Shown here piece after piece: positions 61,786-64,000 of a stretch of DNA of 64,000 nucleotides. The notes beneath the pieces were generated by a model. That model did not search any database. It was not told where the DNA came from and saw only the letters and a list, made by a program, of their open reading frames with translations. The position numbers and the translations under genes were made by a program. Positions within the stretch are counted from its first letter, which is position 1. The number at the start of each line of letters is the position of its first letter. The stretch covers positions 6,636,001 to 6,700,000 of the forward strand of contig OZ076409.1 in the NCBI GenBank assembly GCA_964187785.1, read 5' to 3'. Origin of the DNA: Amphiscolops sp. MND2022. Lineage: Eukaryota.

Positions 61786-64000
61786 CTTGTGTTACTTTCA
61801 CGATTCAAGAAACTATTTAGAATTGTTTCCAGGGACATTAGCCAGTCATCAATGAAGTTCTATGAGAATTGTAGCAGATCGAAAGAGAAAAGCGACTTGG
61901 AAAGTTCCAAGTCTAGTGCTTGAATGTCGGAAGCTATGAGACTGAAAGGTCTGCAGTCAGTATTGACAGACAAAGCCAACTTAGTTCTGGGAAGGCTAGG
62001 AGATACACTATAGTGATCCGAAAAAGATAGATGCTTCTCGATACAGAGAAACTCATAGTCATTGAAGTTGCTGAAAATCAGGTCAAAGACATTGCCATCC
62101 TTATGAGTTGGTTCAGTGAATAATTGGGTAAAACTGTTGGTGGTTGAAAAATCCATAGTGCTTGTGAGAGTTTCAGCATCAATGGCTGGAAAGTTCGCCC
62201 AATCTTCATCAGGCAGATTGAAATCACCCATAAACAAAACTCTGTCAATATGTTGTCTGCAAAAGAGTTCCGAGAACGAAGATAAGCAGTTAAATACAAG
62301 TTCTTCAGGTATACGATATTCACTTGTAATTGGAGGTGATAGAGTAGAACAAGACCATACTTTTCTAGTGATATGCCGCAACAAAAATGAACACTCGTAT
62401 CCTTCTACTTTGATCGCTTGGAATCCATTCTTACCCAAGACAGCTACACAGCCATGCTGATTGGCTATTCGTTCAACGCTTGCTATGACCGAACAAGCTG
62501 CAGTGAGGTAGGTATTGTCAGAGAGAGTTTCAACCAACCAAGTTTCAGTTAGGCAGGGAATATCCAGAAGTCTAGATTGAAGGATGCACGATAGGTGTAG
62601 CGTTTCCAAAGTCAATTTTCAAAATTACATTTTTTTGGGCCGGGGGTTTTCTATCAAACAACGGAAAACGTGTGAAACCAATTCAGCGCCCTTTTGGTAC
62701 CTACACCTACATGTCGACTTCCGTATCTTGTCGTACGCTTGACGTGATTCAATGACGTGATATCCGGAACATTTTGCGAACAACCGGCGGAAAGTATTGC
62801 CTACAGCGATAGGACGAATTACTCCATCGGGTTTTTCTGGAGCAATTAGTTTCGCACCGAACGTAATACGGCCGAAGTTCGAAAGTTACTATTCTTTTGA
62901 GAATCACATTCACAAAATTTGTTAGGGCTCTGAGAAAATGTATTCAAGTTTGCCCGTTCGACTTGGCAATCAAATCTTTCAAAACTTGGGGCGAAATGCC
63001 ATCCAACCCTGCACTATAAGCACCACAAGGCAATGTTTGACATGGATTTCACAAATATGATTAATTCTGGGTATCAAGTTTCCAGCTAAGGTCGGTAGTT
63101 TGTGGGAACTTTTTTCAAGTGAGCAACGCCTGAATGAAAAATCGTGACACTGAGGGATAGTTTTAGCTAAAAAAACCTACAACATATAAAGTCGGAAAGG
63201 CTCCGGGCCTGCGTTTTTGTCAAATTGGCGCAATTCATATGAACCCATCCGTTGCGGAGCCTACAATTTACCCAGTTTATGAACCCCGAGGGCTTCGAAC
63301 ACTTCAGAGCGTTATAGGTTGTGATGTTTTTCATCACAACTTAACCTCGAAACATAACCAATTGCAGGAATACCGCATTAAGGTGTGTTCCAATCTCCGC
63401 AAAAGAACAATCACCAAGAATAGTTTCTTCACAATGTTGGAAGTATGTAGGACCCAATTCAAATTATTCATCGTTCTACATGGGGAATTGCTTCAGGAGT
63501 CCTTGTGTTACTTTCACGATTCAAGAAACTATTTAGAATTGTTTCCAGGGACATTAGCCAGTCATCAATGAAGTTCTATGAGAATTGTAGCAGATCGAAA
63601 GAGAAAAGCGACTTGGAAAGTTCCAAGTCTAGTGCTTGAATGTCGGAAGCTATGAGACTGAAAGGTCTGCAGTCAGTATTGACAGACAAAGCCAACTTAG
63701 TTCTGGGAAGGCTAGGAGATACACTATAGTGATCCGAAAAAGATAGATGCTTCTCGATACAGAGAAACTCATAGTCATTGAAGTTGCTGAAAATCAGGTC
63801 AAAGACATTGCCATCCTTATGAGTTGGTTCAGTGAATAATTGGGTAAAACTGTTGGTGGTTGAAAACTCCATAGTGCTTGTGAGAGTTTCAGCATCAATG
63901 GCTGGAAAGTTCGCCCAATCTTCATCAGGCAGATTGAAATCACCCATAAACAAAACTCTGTCAATATGTTGTCTGCAAAAGAGTTCCGAGAACGAAGATA
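60883..64000. repeat. Chimeric tandem repeat, 1716-bp unit (CRE-like fragment plus CR1 endonuclease fragment), at least 1.8 copies, running off the window
   Basis: ORF 61523 recurs at 63239 and ORF 61860 at 63576. Segment 61784-62600 is a copy of 58090-58906. Confidence 0.95.

Noticed and set aside
61523..61855. 110-aa plus-strand gene repeated at 63239
   Set aside because: It is the antisense shadow of retroelement sequence across a chimeric junction. Its identity reflects the recent duplication.

Overview
AT-rich, repeat-dense eukaryotic (animal-like, intron-containing) DNA that is mostly transposon-derived. The main feature is an apparently young 18,412-bp Ty3/Gypsy-order LTR element (7084-25495). 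Its two 268-bp LTRs differ at 2 positions. It encodes a very long gag-pol with one frameshift and an RS-rich Gag tail, an extra Ser/Thr/Pro-rich ORF, an intact 879-aa envelope protein whose cysteine pattern resembles chuvirus-type/class III fusion glycoproteins, and several further 3' ORFs, so it is organised like a complex endogenous retrovirus. It sits inside a Tc1/mariner-type MITE. The window start holds a spliced gene joining a degenerate tyrosine-recombinase-like domain to a SETD8/PR-Set7-like SET domain. A spliced armadillo-repeat host gene carries a 946-bp near-perfect hairpin that covers its last 3' splice site. A second, decayed Gypsy element carries a spliced antisense zinc-finger/hAT-transposase-like gene. 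The rest includes Copia, CR1-like, CRE-like (with a PHD finger) and hAT remnants, several MITEs, a SINE-like family and two tandem duplications, one of them chimeric. Family assignments come from motif recognition by eye; no searches were run.
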